Assembly (NCBI GenBank): GCA_964304625.1
Contig: OZ199839.1
Span: forward strand, 6,020,311 to 6,084,310
Length of the DNA stretch: 64,000 nucleotides
From: Kudoa neothunni
Lineage: Eukaryota; Animalia; Cnidaria
Direction: 5' to 3'
This document shows, one piece after another, positions 28,301 to 43,166 of the stretch. Position 1 is the first letter of the stretch, and each line of letters starts with the position of its first letter. A program made the translations under genes and the position numbers. The notes under the pieces are model-generated. The model saw nothing but the letters and a program-made list of their open reading frames with translations. It had not been told where the DNA came from and made no database searches.

Positions 28301-31300
28301 GTCGTAAATCTAGGTATGTGTAGTTTTCACTGTATTTAATTATTTTTAGTAACTATAAATGGTAGCTATAGATAATTAGATACAAAAGATGATGAAAAAT
28401 AAATTTATGAGTCAATTATAAATAGGAATTGTAGGGATTAAAAATGGGGGTCGCGCACGCGTATACGTCAAATTGAACTTAAATTCCCGATTCGATGTCA
28501 ATAGCCAGTGCCTAACATTAATATTAATGGGTGTACGGATTTTCTGATTTTTTTAACTCTACCCACGATTATTTTAAATTGAAGTAAATTGTGTTTAATC
28601 CTTCACGTTTTCAGTTTAATTGCGCAGAATTAAATTATCAAGAAATTAATACATAAATAATAAATTTATTTATTCATTAAATATTCTTAGTATGTAAAAA
28701 CCTCACCTCAACAAAAAATAAGAAAATAAAATTACAATAATTGTCTACAAATAAAAATAATATATATCCGTATAAAATAATCGACATTTTATTTCTGAAT
28801 ACGAAAGATTACCGGAAATTTTTAGGATTAATTATACTCCTAAACAATCCCTCAACCTATCTAATTCTTATTTACTACAAGTTTTTACTACATATATTAG
28901 TCGAATAATTTATTGTTTTAAAACCACAGGAATACAATTTTGCTCATAACACACCAAAATATTCTCTTTTTATGAACTCTATTTATACTTCGGCTGGATT
29001 AAAATATTAAATCGTCGAATTTTAAATATACTTATATTTGATAATATAATGAATAGTTGAAACAGTATGATAATAGAGGGGCGTAATCTACCGAGATGAA
29101 GCTATGTAGAGTTCGACTTTCTCTCGATTAAATTAAAATTCGTAAATACCAAAACGTGCTTGAGTGTTTTAATGTATTTTTCAAAAATTTTATGTGATGT
29201 AACAATATATATAAATATATGTAAACACAAGTTAAATGGTCTAATCTAAATAGAACAAGGTCTAAGATAGATGCAATATAATAATCATTGATATCCAAAA
29301 ATATTTCACCAGATTAAAATACGATAATATATCTTTTTTTATTATCTTTATGTATACATATGGAGATCGTAAAGTTGATCACACCTAAATATTGATAATA
29401 TTTGTCCCTTCACAAAGCTGTTTTGTGCTACCTAATGCACGTTTGACTAATATTTCTTGGACTTTATATAATGTCCAAATAAAATAGACCAATATTGACA
29501 TTATAATATAACGGGAATAAAGCTATAACCAAATTTTTAAGATTAAAATATTACAGAGTATTCTTGTCATTTTAATTCGGAGTCACTCTCCTTCACCACT
29601 GCTCTAATTTGTACTTGAATAATCGATTATCATTTTAATAAATAGTGGAGGAAAACCTTTGATTATTCATTCTATTGACGATCTAAGTTCAACCGATCTC
29701 AGTGAATCCAACCAATCTACCAGAATAAAAACAAAAACCGACAATAGTAATCTTGTTCGTTCGTTAAGTGGTAACTGCCCTACACCTGTGAACAATACAA
29801 CCAAGTCTGAGACACCCAATCCTATCGACGCTAGTACCACCTCTAAAACTCTTCCTCAACCTAGACGTAGTACAACAAAAAAGAGAGCTATTCCTGAATG
29901 TAATGAGTTCATTGTAACTTACGGTCTTATTTGAAAATGGTTGTTTAGTTTTGAATCTCAAAAAACTAAAAAAAAAACCACCAATGGACGATTCTTCCAA
30001 ACATCAGGGTGGCTTTAGGAGTTCTCGGTTATTAACAGGGTATTTTTTTAGATATTATCGCTAAATTGATTATATATTTTATTACGGTTTAGAACTTACG
30101 GCACTGCCTCTATCAGTGAAGTATGTGCTTTTTTGATATATAACGCGTCCACTTTTGTTTTGTAAGAAGGCGTTTATTGTTTATTAAAGTTCGAATAACT
30201 TTTAATTGAACCAAATTTCTATTTACACTCACCTTAATTATATACAAAAATTTCATTTTATTTATAGCATAATAGAAATATAGTTTATTATTCCTAAATT
30301 GCCATAGCTAATTTTTTCCAGACCAATCCTATTATCTTAAGATCATAGGAGTTGGAAATATTCCATGTTGGTTATAACAACTTAATAAGAATTGTATTGT
30401 ATTTGTTGGGACCAATAGACTTCTACTTAAAAATGTTCACATTCCACCTTCTAACTAATCTCTAATTTAGCCCCTTAATCTCCACAAACTGGCTGATGGG
30501 ACCTCTAATATTGTTGACGGAAAGAAAATACCTAAACTCACCAGATGCGTTGGTTTGTTCAGATATTTCGCCGCCACCAAAGGTGAAGTTTCAATTGATA
30601 AAGATGAGCAGGTTTCGGTATATTTATACAATCCAACCATTTCGAACAATCAAAACGTGTTGGTCATCAAAGATGATGGTAAGCGAGGCATAGTTCCACG
30701 GAGGGTTTTGAAAGTTTGCTCTGGTGAACCGAATGCTCAAAGTGTGATTCAACCGGATCTAACCAAACCTGTCCAACAACCACGAGAATCACTGATTCCA
30801 GATATCAATGTGTCAACCACTGTTACGTCTGCCAACTCCAACCCAGACCCTTTCCATAATGCTAATATCTTCGGCAATAATGCACCCTTTGATAACAATG
30901 TTTTTATCTCAGAGCCTACCAAACCTATTTTTGAAGAATCAAAGGTTTTCCATAGCGAAACTACAGTCAAAACTACTTTTCATGAGATATCCCCTGAACC
31001 TTTGGTTAAAAAATCAAGCTATGATGATATAATAGGTCTTTTCGACAAACCCAATTTGAAATCCTCACAAAGTCCTACTAAAAATAAAGACATCTTTCAA
31101 ACTGATTGGTCATTCAAAAGTGAACCCTTGCAGTCTGAAGCTACTCCTGTTGTAGATGTAACTGTAAATGAGGCTTCTGCGCCTCCTTTACAGAGTTCCT
31201 TCTCCCCTTTCGATGACGCCAACAATACCGACAACAATAACATGGGTGTACTTTCTTCCATGTTGCTTAAGTCTGGTAGTTACTATAGCGATTTTATATC

Positions 31301-34300
31301 TTTGTTTCTGCATATGCTTATAAGGCATTATCTCACCGTTCGATTGCTATTTTCATAAATGATTAATGAAGTTTTTTTGATTCACTTATGGACAGATAAT
31401 TTTATTATTAATGGTTTTTCTAATCTTTTAATAAAAATGATAATAATTAAATTATTTATTTTGAAAATCGCAATCTTATTGAAATATTTAAAAAAAAGCT
31501 AATTGATTAAATCTAGAATATGAAGAAAATAAAAGTACAGCGGATTACCTTCCGTCTGAGGAAGAAGCTTCTGAATATGTAATTGAATATCAACGAGCAT
31601 ATCTCTATAAATTGGAAATCTAAAATAAATAATATATAAACTCGTTTTTAGGAAACCGAAGTGCAAGATGATGATCTCGTCGAGTTTGACGATCCTATAA
31701 AATTGACAGCTACCAGAAATTACACCTCCTCAAATTCAGAATTTAATTTCAATGAAAATGATACCTTGTTTGCTATCGCTAGCATTCCTAATCATTATTG
31801 TGTCGGATTTGATCCAGATTCGGAGGTATTTGACTATTAGCTTAAGAACCGACATATCTAATTTTACTGGATAGATTCTTGAGTGGGTTCCCACTAGCTA
31901 TTTTATCGAATTTAAAGAGACACCCCAAGAGGAACAACCAATTATTGATCAACAGCCAAATGTTCTTGCTGAGATTGTTCATTCACAAATGAAATTATCT
32001 GACGATGAACACAATGAATCGATTTGTATATTTTTTTCGATATACTTTAATCTTTAAAAATTGGGGAGTGTTTTCAATCTTAAATTGATTTAATCTCTAC
32101 CTGTTTTATTAATTTGAGTGTAATTTTTAAATCAATTATGCATAAATATTATTAATACTTTGTTAAAAATTTATTAATATCGTACATCTAATGCATATTC
32201 CTCAGTAATTGATTCTATTGAAAATAACGCGTAAAAAATTAGTAAAAATTTAATTGAAAATATAAAGAAACTTAATGCGATTAAATTCATGATTAACATA
32301 TCAATATATCGAAGCTCTTTATGCTTTCTTTTTTTGAGTTGTTTTAAATCCGGAGAAAATGTCGAATATCAGTTAAATAATGAATGAAATTGTTGAAACT
32401 TTTACACATTAAAACATTATTTTACTATTATTAAAGCAAAAAAGTTTGTAGAATCATTATAAATGACGATTTTATATATTTCAAAATTATTAATCGGATT
32501 ACTTGTCCCAATAAAATAACAGGACTAACATTTGCGCGTATATTTTAGTATATTTTATTAGGACATTTAATTGAAGTTAACATTTTCCGATTTACGCGAA
32601 AATCATCTGTTAATTAACCATATCTTAAATTCTTGTATTATCATCGGATATTTATTTGCATGTATTTGCATGTATTTGTTGGATTGAGCGTATTAATTAT
32701 TATTTCTGAAAAATAATTCTAATTTATTTTATAACGTTCTTCAATAAAATAAAATTATCGTTTTTGTATAAAATTGTTTAATATTAATATTAGCTTGAAC
32801 GTTGAGACTATTACTTAGAGTCTTAAAAATTTTAACAAAGTTTTGTTTAATTACATTGTATTGTACTGTACACCCCAAAATAAATTCTCGAGAATTAACC
32901 GGTAAGATAAATTGATGTTTTTCATAAAATCCCAATAAATTTAGTATTAATTGTTCGTATATTTTCAAAATAAAATTGTAAATTTTTCAGGAAGATTTAA
33001 TTCACCAAATATTGTAAGATTTTTTAATTCCCAACAACAAAAAGTTGATACACCCCTTGTTAATAAGCCCTATATATCATATGGACGTAGTTTTAACAAC
33101 GGTTTTGATTAGATGTAATTGCACACAGTGATTACACCGACATTTCCCAGTCGATCTCATTCAAAACTGGCGACCTTATCCAGGTGGAAAACCTGCAAAA
33201 TGATGACTACTATGGATTTGTTAATGGTGTTTATGGCCATTTCTCCGCCTCCTATGTGACTGACATCATGCCTGAGGATATATTTTCAAACGAAGAAAGA
33301 TTTGAGGTGATTAAGGCTCACGCCAAAGGTTCTGATTATGAAATAAATGTTTCTGCCGAGTCGAACGTGAATGTTTATCAGATCAATTCTACAGGTTGGT
33401 CCCTTGGTAAAAATGATGTAATCACTCCTATTGATATTCCATTTTTGTAATGGTTGCGATTAAGAATGGTGACTTGGGTTGGTTCCCGCCAGAGTGTATT
33501 AGAATGGAAAACCAAGTTAAAATTGATGAAACTTTTTTCAACGAAAATAACACCCCTAGTATAGCATATTTTTTTTGGTTATTTAATTTAGTGTTTGGTA
33601 AATTTAGTTGCCAAGGTGAAATGCCTGGACCCTTACACTTCTCAGGTGGATGACGAGTTGACTTTCAAAAGAGGAGATATAATCGAGGTTTACGATATGT
33701 CTTCTGACTGGTGGTTTGGAAAGTTGGGAGACACATTTGGTGTGTTCCCCAGCAATTTTGTTTCTATAATTGATGAAAACTGCTCGGATCACGAGTTAGC
33801 TGCTCAGCAGGCTCAAAATAACACTTTTGAATACTTTACGCCACACACTGATCTCTCTTCAGTTGGACAAAATTTCGCAGATACCGATTACCGTGCTAGA
33901 GATAAAGTAGAAACTGTGAATCGAGAAACAAGGGCCGAAAAAGTTATAAGTATCCAGGAAGTGTTGTCTAATAAAGTAATTGTCTGCGTGTATAGTATGC
34001 ACATATATAATATGTATTGTTAATTATTTGTAAATATGCGTTATGAATCTTTAACTTGACAATTTTTTAAAAATTATCTAATTAAAGACTAATATTTATT
34101 AGGATGATGTCTATTTGGACCTCATTTGCGCATGTGCGAATGATTAAAATATTATTTCTATATGTGCTTTTTCACTTAGATTAGTTGTTGCAGAGAAACA
34201 CTAATAGCCAAAAACGATAAATAATATTTTTTTCTACTTTTTAATTATCATCACAACTTTTTATTTGTTTTAATCTTCCTTGTACTTTATTTTAATGGAA

Positions 34301-37300
34301 CGAAAATTAAAATTGTATGATTTTGAATTTTTTTCATTTGGTTGATTTATGGAAAATTTGATTTTTTTCTCGTATTGATCTTTTAAGTTTTTTAGGCTCT
34401 TATAAAATTCGTTGTATTGACTACCATCACGCGTATTTAATTGATCCAATATTTCAGAACATAATTTTTTGTTGATATAAAAACCAATGAGTTGACTGAC
34501 TTATATATAAAAACTTGGCACTATCTTCGTATTGACTATATAATCTAATGGTTGATAATCCAAGTTTTGGAAGTATTCTGGAGAATATTTGACCAAAGTG
34601 GAAGATGTAACAATTAAGGGTCGGTTTTTCCGTTTTTAAAGCAACATAAGATGGTATTTTAAAATTGATGACATAATTTGGAATAGATGGTCATATACAT
34701 ATTTCCAGAACAGTATTTATTGTACTTAACCTTCTAAGTAAAATTGGATAGATTTATACCCCAAATGAGTTTTTGTAATCTTCTATCTTCATAAAAGCTC
34801 TCAGCGAATAAATTGAAATCTTTTTTTGCAGTATATCGAAAAAATTAATGTAAAAAATACCCTCGAAATAAAATTATCTAAATGTCATTTTTAAAAATTT
34901 CCCGAAATTCCATCGACCAAATAATGAAGAAATAACGAAAAGCTATACACGCGATACCAATCTGCAAGCTTAACATCGATACGATACAAGCATGCCATCC
35001 TCTCCTGAATACAGCTATAACTCCTGATTCTCTCATTATTTTTATATCAGTTATTCAAATTGCTGATATAAAATCAATTTGGTTTTTTCTACGTTGTATT
35101 GCATCGCATTTTTAAAATAAATTAATTTGTAGCAATTAAATAATTTAATTAAATAAAATCTTAAAACTATAAAACTGCAGTATGAAACCTATAAATACAA
35201 TCATGCTCCAAAGGGGCGTAGTAATATAAAATGTAGCGCGTGCGTGTCTAGAAAAAAGCGTTTAAATTGGTCGTTTATTCAAAGTTCGCGCGATAAATTT
35301 TTGTCATATTTTATCAGTCAATGCTGACTCTAATTTTAGACAATTTAATCAAATAAAAACATCGGATAGATTTCAACCCTATTTTTATTTGGAGGATGTG
35401 ATTTTTTTCAGCTACTTGGAAGGTTAAGTAGTAAAAAATATTTGTTATTTTTCGCACTATGGTATTTATTATGTAAGAAATTTTCATCGTGACACTTAAG
35501 CTGAGTTTGACGCAAATTAGTCATATCCTTGCTTTAATTTCTTCCATATTCTAATTTTTCTACAAAATCATGACAAATACACTCGATGTTTGATTATACG
35601 AAAGAGTAAAGACCTAGCCATTTTTTGTAAACTGAAGTTGGAATTTCATTCAATAAAAACTTGTTTACTTAGATTTTTTGAAATCATTCGGATAGCATGA
35701 TTTTAGAACGAAAGGGATTCGTCTCTATTTATTAAGATAAATTTGCATAATATTACATAAATAAGGCGAATAAAGGAATTAAGTTTTATAAATAATTAAT
35801 TAGTATTGAAACTACTTTTTTTTCGCTATGATTATTTTTGACTGGTTCTAAATTTGCGACATTTTCTAGAGTTCTTCCGACATACTTTCAATCTTATCAA
35901 AAATATTCGCTCACGCATTAAAGTTTTGTTAAAACTATAGGGATATTTTTAACGTCAAATGTAGCCATAAAAATTTTAATTTTCCTTTGTTATATTTTAG
36001 GAGTCCAAAACCACTATTAAGGGGGAAAGATTATGAAACAATGGCCATCAATATATACTACAGTCATACCCGGAAAGTTTACACATCAACATTGTTCAAA
36101 AATTACAAACTCTTGAAATTATTATTATATATTTAATAAAAATAACTGATATAAATTTTCGTGATCGTATTAAATTTATCATATTTTACGCGTGGTATTG
36201 CTTTCGAGTTTTCGCCAAAATTGATATGTTAATAATGATTAAATCGTGTTTGTCATATCTAATTGATGTTTTGTAAAGATATAATAATTAATAAATTAGA
36301 GTCATTTCACATACGTCAATTTTATACAGTTTTATTCTCTTACTAGAAAATCATTTTGCAAGCGTATAGAATATGGGACAACCGTACAGATATTATTCGC
36401 TCTCATCAGCATACGTTCTTGCATTTATTGGCAATTTTGAATCTGTTAATTTGAGAAAATATTATTTTCTAAAAAATCCAATGCTAAATTTAATTAAACT
36501 TGTTAGGACGAAAGAAATATTCTTTAATAGCAATTATTAAATTAGTTTTATATTTTTTAAATGTCTTTGTCGTATATATATTTAATTTAAGAACCAATAA
36601 TAAACATTTTCATTAATTTCAAGAGGGGAAAACCATTCGAAATAATTTATAATTAATTGCTATAAGCTTTAAAAATTTAAATTTTTTGTTGTTATGAAAC
36701 GTTTTAATTAAATCTTCCGTCTTAGATGGACGCTATCGAAGAACTTATATCTACCGAAAACAAATATCTTCACGATTTAAATAATACTATTGAGGTAACA
36801 CTTTTTTCAAACCAATGTTTGTTGATTATTATTAATTTTTATATAGGTGTTCTACAATCCAATGTTGAATAGCGGTATTATAAGCAAACAAGAACTGGGA
36901 GATATATTTCTAAACTGGCGGGAACTGATCACATTATCTGCACAATTTTCCAAGTAAACTCTAATATTACGATAACAACCCACGAAATGTCATATCTATA
37001 CGAAAATTAATTGGTTTGTAGTGATTTGCAAATGTGGAAAAAAGAAAAGAAATCGCTCGAAGAGTTGGCTTTTCTAGTGGAAAATAATTTTAAATCATTG
37101 GATATTTACTTTACATACTTTTCTGAACATAATCAGTCTGTGAATAACTATACAAAATTGTTAAATACTAACTCTGAGTTTTGTGCACTGGAAAAGGTAT
37201 ATTCTTGTTATTAAAAAATAATGAGAGGTCCATCATTAAATATTTTAGGCATGTATGAATTTACTTGGCCCAAACGAAGCTTTCCCTCTGCTTCCATTTT

Positions 37301-38837
37301 TAATTAAACCCTTGCAGCGTTTAACCAAATATCCACTACTGATGAGAGAAGTATGATAGATAACAAATATTGTTATTTTCCATCCAATCTCATACTCTCA
37401 TATTTGATAGATAATCAAAAGCCTCCCCGAAAACAACTCTTCGATTGAACATTTCAAGAATAATTACGAAACAGCCAGAACCTACTGTGATAGGGCTAAC
37501 AATGTGATACGTCAGCAAGAAAGTATGTCGCAGTTGGTTTGGCTGCAAGACCATTTCTCGTTCGAGGTCGAAGGGAAAAAGATGGTTTTTAGTACGCTAA
37601 TCGCAGAGGGTATTCGACGAAACTTGGTTCTATACGATTTTGTCCAAAAAGTATTTTTATTTTTCTCTACGGTGCCTACTGTGTGTGTATGAGTTCAACT
37701 TATTCGTTACTCATGAGATTCGTTACTCATGAGAAAACCGTGTGTAACTGAGTCGAGTTTATACAAAAATGTGTTGGTGATTATATGTTAATATTTGTTG
37801 TAGAAAAAGAACAATAAATCCTTATTTTTGGTAATTTTCAATGATTTCTTGGCGCTGGCAACATATCCTGCATCGATACCAAAAACCATTCCATTTGAAG
37901 GTGGGCCCAAATACTGTTTCGCTCTCTATAAGGAGGTAGTTTTATTTATGGTTAACATAACCTCATTCATAATTAAGCCTATCCATCTTAAATATTTGTC
38001 CTACATTTACAACGAGACCACTGCCAGTAACGAAATAACTCTCAAAATGGATCCATCCAACTACGCGTTGGCCTTAAAATCGACCCCCGCCGCCATGTAA
38101 CTAATAATTCACTCTCTGATTCTATGAGTTCACGCATTCGTAACTTAGAAAAAATATCAAAGAAGCGATTCACAGTAGTAAGGAAGATTATGGTCGATTT
38201 TCAGTCGTGAATCATATCAAAAGCAACAATTACGATTCCAAGTCACTCAACGGTTTTCTCAAAATCACCATCCATTCACTAAACAAATTTCCGCATGATG
38301 TTCTTTGTAATATTATAATTTGAATTCCGGTAAAATTCACATTCATCTTCGTTGCTTCGTTTAGCTAACAACAATATTGGATTGAAAGTTTTTGTCGGAA
38401 TGGATGAAGAATACACCGAACGATTTGTATACGATGCCACATCAGTTATCTCAATCGATTCCAATGTACCAATCATACGCTATTTCCAGTGATAAATCAA
38501 TATTCTCCCTTTTAGATGCTGTTTCCGTTGAATCTAAGTCAATTCCATCAAATGTCCATTCAGTTGCTTAATTTTTTTACCTTTTTTATTCCCGGTTAGT
38601 ATTTGCATCCCAATATTATTTATTGGTGGTGCTTCTTATTCGTTATTCGTTCGTTATACGTGGAAATTGACTTTTCATTTAGAAATTGTTGATTCGGTGG
38701 AACTAAACAAAGAAACCCTCGAGAAAAGTATCCATGGGACCAGTGTTATTATTGAAAACAAAAGATTCCACTTCAAGACCTACCCTTCGGCGTTCTTGGT
38801 GCTTTCTCTCGAGTACAAAACCAATGGTGTATTATGA
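22305..38837 (+). CDS. ITSN: Intersectin, long form (EH-EH-5xSH3-DH-PH-C2), many exons
   Basis: EH1 (LKDIWNLCKQNSDSTFSKAEF) and EH2 (IFKLADIYKNGYLNKEEFFIAMH). SH3 domains at ~30550, 31700, 33113, 33300 and 33610 (DELTFKRGD...DWWFG...GVFPSNFV). DH (AIEELISTENKYLHDL...FLIKPLQRLTKYPLL), PH, and a diverged C2-like end. Exon phases are consistent with GT-AG introns. Confidence 0.88.
24096..24683. repeat. Three (TA)n microsatellites in intersectin introns
   Basis: TA runs at ~24096, ~24316 and ~24661. Others occur at ~48741, ~50859 and ~52095. Confidence 0.85.
34730..35423. mobile_element. Non-autonomous piggyBac (MITE-like, 694 bp) in an intersectin intron
   Basis: TTAA-CCTTCTAAGTA ... TACTTGGAAGG-TTAA (10/11 TIR match). 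A GGATAGATTT..ACCC motif lies near both ends. Confidence 0.8.
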
Positions 38838-41800
38838 TATTGAGAGGCCTTATTGCTTCACCTTCAGTGTAACCACACAGTTACCAGCTAGCCAAGTTTC
38901 TTTTGAATATTTCTTAGTGGTGGCTACATAACTATTCGTTTGTATGGTTATCCTTTTTTGACTTGGTAGATTTTCTGGCGCGAATTTTTAATTTTTATAT
39001 CTAATTTCTATTTCTTATGATTATATTACTTTTTATGTAATAGATTACTGTAAATCATGCGACATGTGACAGGAAGAAAAAAAAATGGAATAGTAAACCA
39101 ATCTGTGATAGTTTTAGTTAAATGTCTTAATTTTTTAATTTAATCGTAATATACAATGATAATTAAATTATTCGAAGATTTTACCAAATTTCTAAGCATC
39201 GTTTAAATAACAGTCCTTCAAATATAATATACAATAGTAGGATTGCATCGATATCATTTTTTAGACGAATACGAGTACCCAAATTAGCAATACCCACACC
39301 CATTAGGCCTTGAAAAAATTCAGGGTAATTATAAAATATGACGTAATATTTCGTTTTATTTTCAAAAACTAAATAAATGTTTAAAAATCGTATATTTTGA
39401 TTTTTGACGACTGCTCTACCTTTTAATTAATTTTAATTAAAAATTAATTATTGAATATTTTTGTTTTAAGTTACTTAATATATAAAAACAAAAAGATAAC
39501 TTAATAAAATTAATTAAAAATTTTTATGTTAGAATTTCGGAACTAATATTATTATATAATTTTTAATATCGTTAATAAACTACCCGAAAAAATTTATAAA
39601 CTAAAAACCACATTAAGGAATGCCATCGTTAAATTGAAAAATCTTGTTCTAATTTTAAAGCGAATAAATCATAAAGTTCTGATTTAAAAATACGAAGTCA
39701 CCAGATTGAACATTTACAAACTCATTACTAACAGATACAAATTAAAAAAATTCCGTGAACAATTAATGACTTTTAATTTGTTAAAATTATTAATGCTTAA
39801 TAATTTTTTGGATGTATTTATCAACAACAGCGATTCCACGTTAATCCGAACGTGCTCGACTCAAAATTATATCCAGTTTACAGGTTAATTCTTTTTTGAG
39901 CGGAATTTAACTACGTAATACAATTTTTTGTGATAAGGTCAAAAATGAATAAACTTTTGAAGACGAAGTGTACTAACAGACCGACTTGTAGGAAACGACT
40001 TTCTTTCTGATTTTGTATGTGACACCGCCCAAAATTCTTACACATATACTGTACTTTAGCTGATATTTTAAAAGAAATAAAATAGTTTATTCTAAAAAGT
40101 AATGTATTGTTGAATTTTGATAAGAAAATTTGTCCTAACATTGATTACAAAAATCCACTGTGAACGAATCACACAATCTCGATGATACATTGACTTAATC
40201 ATTTCGAAATTTCGAAGATTGTCGACCCTCACTTTTTTGAAAGCCTAGTTTACCCATCGATAGCGAAAATGTGGCATGCGCGCACATACGTTTATTTGAA
40301 TTATTTATGATTTTAACTAACTCTTATCCAAATTAATCAACAATATTCCATATTATACTATATAGTTAATAGGAATTATTTGATATGAATTATATAAATT
40401 TCATATTTACATTACACTTATCACATAAAACAGAACAGAGACAGCGTGTTTAAATTTTTTATTTTATACAAAGAAAATTAAATATTATACTTTTTAAGTC
40501 CAGTACATGTAGCAATTAATCTTATTTTATCTCATATCCAACTCACAATATCAATTAAATTAATTTATCCTATTTGACAATATTGCTAATTATTATTTAA
40601 TTAAAATAGATTGTTTGACGAAAATAATAACCCAAGTTTCCAAATAATAATAATATATAATTATTTGAATCAATTAAAAGAATAGAATTAACGATTTAAA
40701 TTCACTCAACCGTTTTTTTTCAAATTTACCCCCTTGGTCTGATGAAAAGTCCAAATTTATATTAACTTTAAGATTTTATATTGGTTTAGCTAAGGCAGAG
40801 ACTATTTACACGGTAAATTCTAATCCTAAAGGCATGCACGCTTGTGTAACGGCAATTTTAAATCCCATCAACTCCAACTCACAAGCTATATACGGATTTA
40901 ATTTTATTAAATTATTCCATGTAAATTATTTCTGTCCTTTCCTACCCTCTAAGAGGTCAGAAATAATTTAAAATACTCAAAAATAGTGACACTTAAATAC
41001 TATTTATCACGAATATTGCAACTTTAAATATTATTATTAGGCCACATCACCAAAAAAGCATGTCATGAAAGGAAGAGACTGTTAATAGTTTTATTAATAC
41101 TTGTTAAATATTTACTCCCAACAACATTTTAAAAATATCCGCCAACGTATTAATATTGAATTTAATATCTCTGAGAAATATAATTCCTTAGGAACCTTTA
41201 GGTAAGTCACAAACTTCATTATGCAAAAATTGCCTCTCTTCAATTTAGATGCTATTTAAATTTCCCACAAGGGTATAATTATCCTCAGTTGAGAACCTTT
41301 GACTTAGATAAACGTACAATGTTTCATTCACCCCTCAAAAATATCAAAAATATTGATGGAAATATCTAGAAATTTAAGCAAAATAGTTCAATGACTTTTT
41401 AAGTCAATGAAATGTTACATTCATAAGGGATAATTTATTAATCGATATCTCCCTAAAAATTCCAAAAATTAATTATTATTTTATTAAACGGAATATAAAC
41501 TTGATTACGTTTTGATGAAAAAAGACTAAATTTTTGACTTCAAAAATAACTAAATAATTACTTAATTCTTTGAACAAAACATAATCTTAAAATTACACAG
41601 GGGTCTCCAAACTTTTTTCTTCGTCGACCCTTTCGGAGATTTATTAAAAATATTAAAGTATATCCCATTAATATTCGTTTCCAATACATAATTAAATGCA
41701 CAATTATATTAACACCCCAAAAAAAGCTTTTATTAACAATGTAACATCAATATATATTAGAAAATTTACCACAGTGGATTTATTTTTTCGTCATAAAATA

Positions 41801-42068
41801 TATTCAATTGACTTACCAAGTTAGATCGTTTATAAACGATTATAGTTACCTACTTTTGCACATATATAAATAAACCAAGTTGTTGTCATACTCATCTTTT
41901 TTAAATTTCTAGTCCAGATATTTAATTTATTGAGAATCGCCTATTACATCTCTAAGGATTTTGGGGTGAAATTCACTCCAAACAAGGTTTAATCCTACCA
42001 TATGTTTTTTCATTGTTTTTTGACGCGTACTAAACTATTGCTGTGCCTATAATTTTTTTTTAGATGCC

Positions 42069-42506
42069 GGGGACAGATAACACATCGGTGTGACACTCGG
42101 ACTCAGAACCACGAGGTAATGGGTTCGAATCCGCCAGTGGTCAGACTACTGCTTTCGTGTCGGTGGATCTCTATCCCATATTTGGGAGCTGTGGTTAAAG
42201 TGAACGATCGAAATGAAGTGATGTGAGCGTGAATAGAAGGTTGAATCTCCGAAACCCATCGAAAGTCAAGTAATTTGCAGTCCTCACGGATCCAACGTCC
42301 TTAAAAAGATAGGGTTTGGGGTGGTGGTCGTCCTGGAACGAGGATGTTTAGAGAGTTAAGATCCCACGCTACCACATAATGATAAGAGGCGGGGTTTCAT
42401 GTTACATCTTGCGGTGCCTAAAGCGTTAATGGAAGTGGTTTGACCAACCAGAATTCCACAACCTATTAAATTGCGCCAGGGGTTTTACTTTGTAAACAAA
42501 AAAAAA
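42069..42506 (+). mobile_element. tRNA-derived SINE
   Basis: GC-rich ~440-bp island with an A-box-like TAACACATCGG (42078-88) and a perfect B box GGTTCGAATCC (42122-32). 3' stem-loop at 42430-58, then TTTACTTT and an A-rich tail. No complete tRNA cloverleaf. Confidence 0.8.
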
Positions 42507-43166
42507 TAATCATACCGAATTTTTTTTAATTCTATATAGGTTTAAAATTTTCCTCGAAAACATGTACTGTAGGACAACTTAATGGTTCTGATCTAACAGT
42601 CATTAGATTACCGAAAAAGCGAAGGGGTGAAATTAAAAAGTTAACATATTATTGTATAAACAAACAATATAGAATTCTATGAAATATGTATCTATTACGT
42701 AATAATTTGTTTTTCATTTTCATAGAACAGAAAAAAAGTTTAAAAATCACAATTATTAGATTTTTAAAAAGAATTATATCTACTTTTATAATAAAATTAA
42801 CTCAGCATAATATTATTGCTTGTTTTTTTTTTTCCCATCTACGATCAAGACAATATGATAGAATTGACAAAAACAAAATGAAATGCATCAGAATATTATT
42901 AGCAAGCGCGTTAACTCAGTAAACTGATCTTTCTCCGTAATTTCGTATAATGTTTTAAACAGCTTATAATCAGTATTATACAAAAATATACATATACAAA
43001 TACAAATTCAAAATTCATTAGGGAAAATTACAACTTCATTCATGAATAATCGACCAATTTTGAGGTAAAAGGTCAACTGATTTATCTTGTTTTGAAAATA
43101 AACTTTTAATTTAATTGTTATTTTAGTAGACATTCCCATCCATTACATTAACGAGAGTCTTAAAAA

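Noticed and set aside
41598-41613. hAT-like terminus CAGGGGTCTCCAAACT
   Set aside because: No matching opposite end or 8-bp TSD was found.
42069-42145. Functional tRNA gene or embedded ribozyme
   Set aside because: No proper acceptor stem or poly-T terminator, and the sequence continues as a SINE body. No complete hammerhead, HDV, twister or pistol core could be folded.
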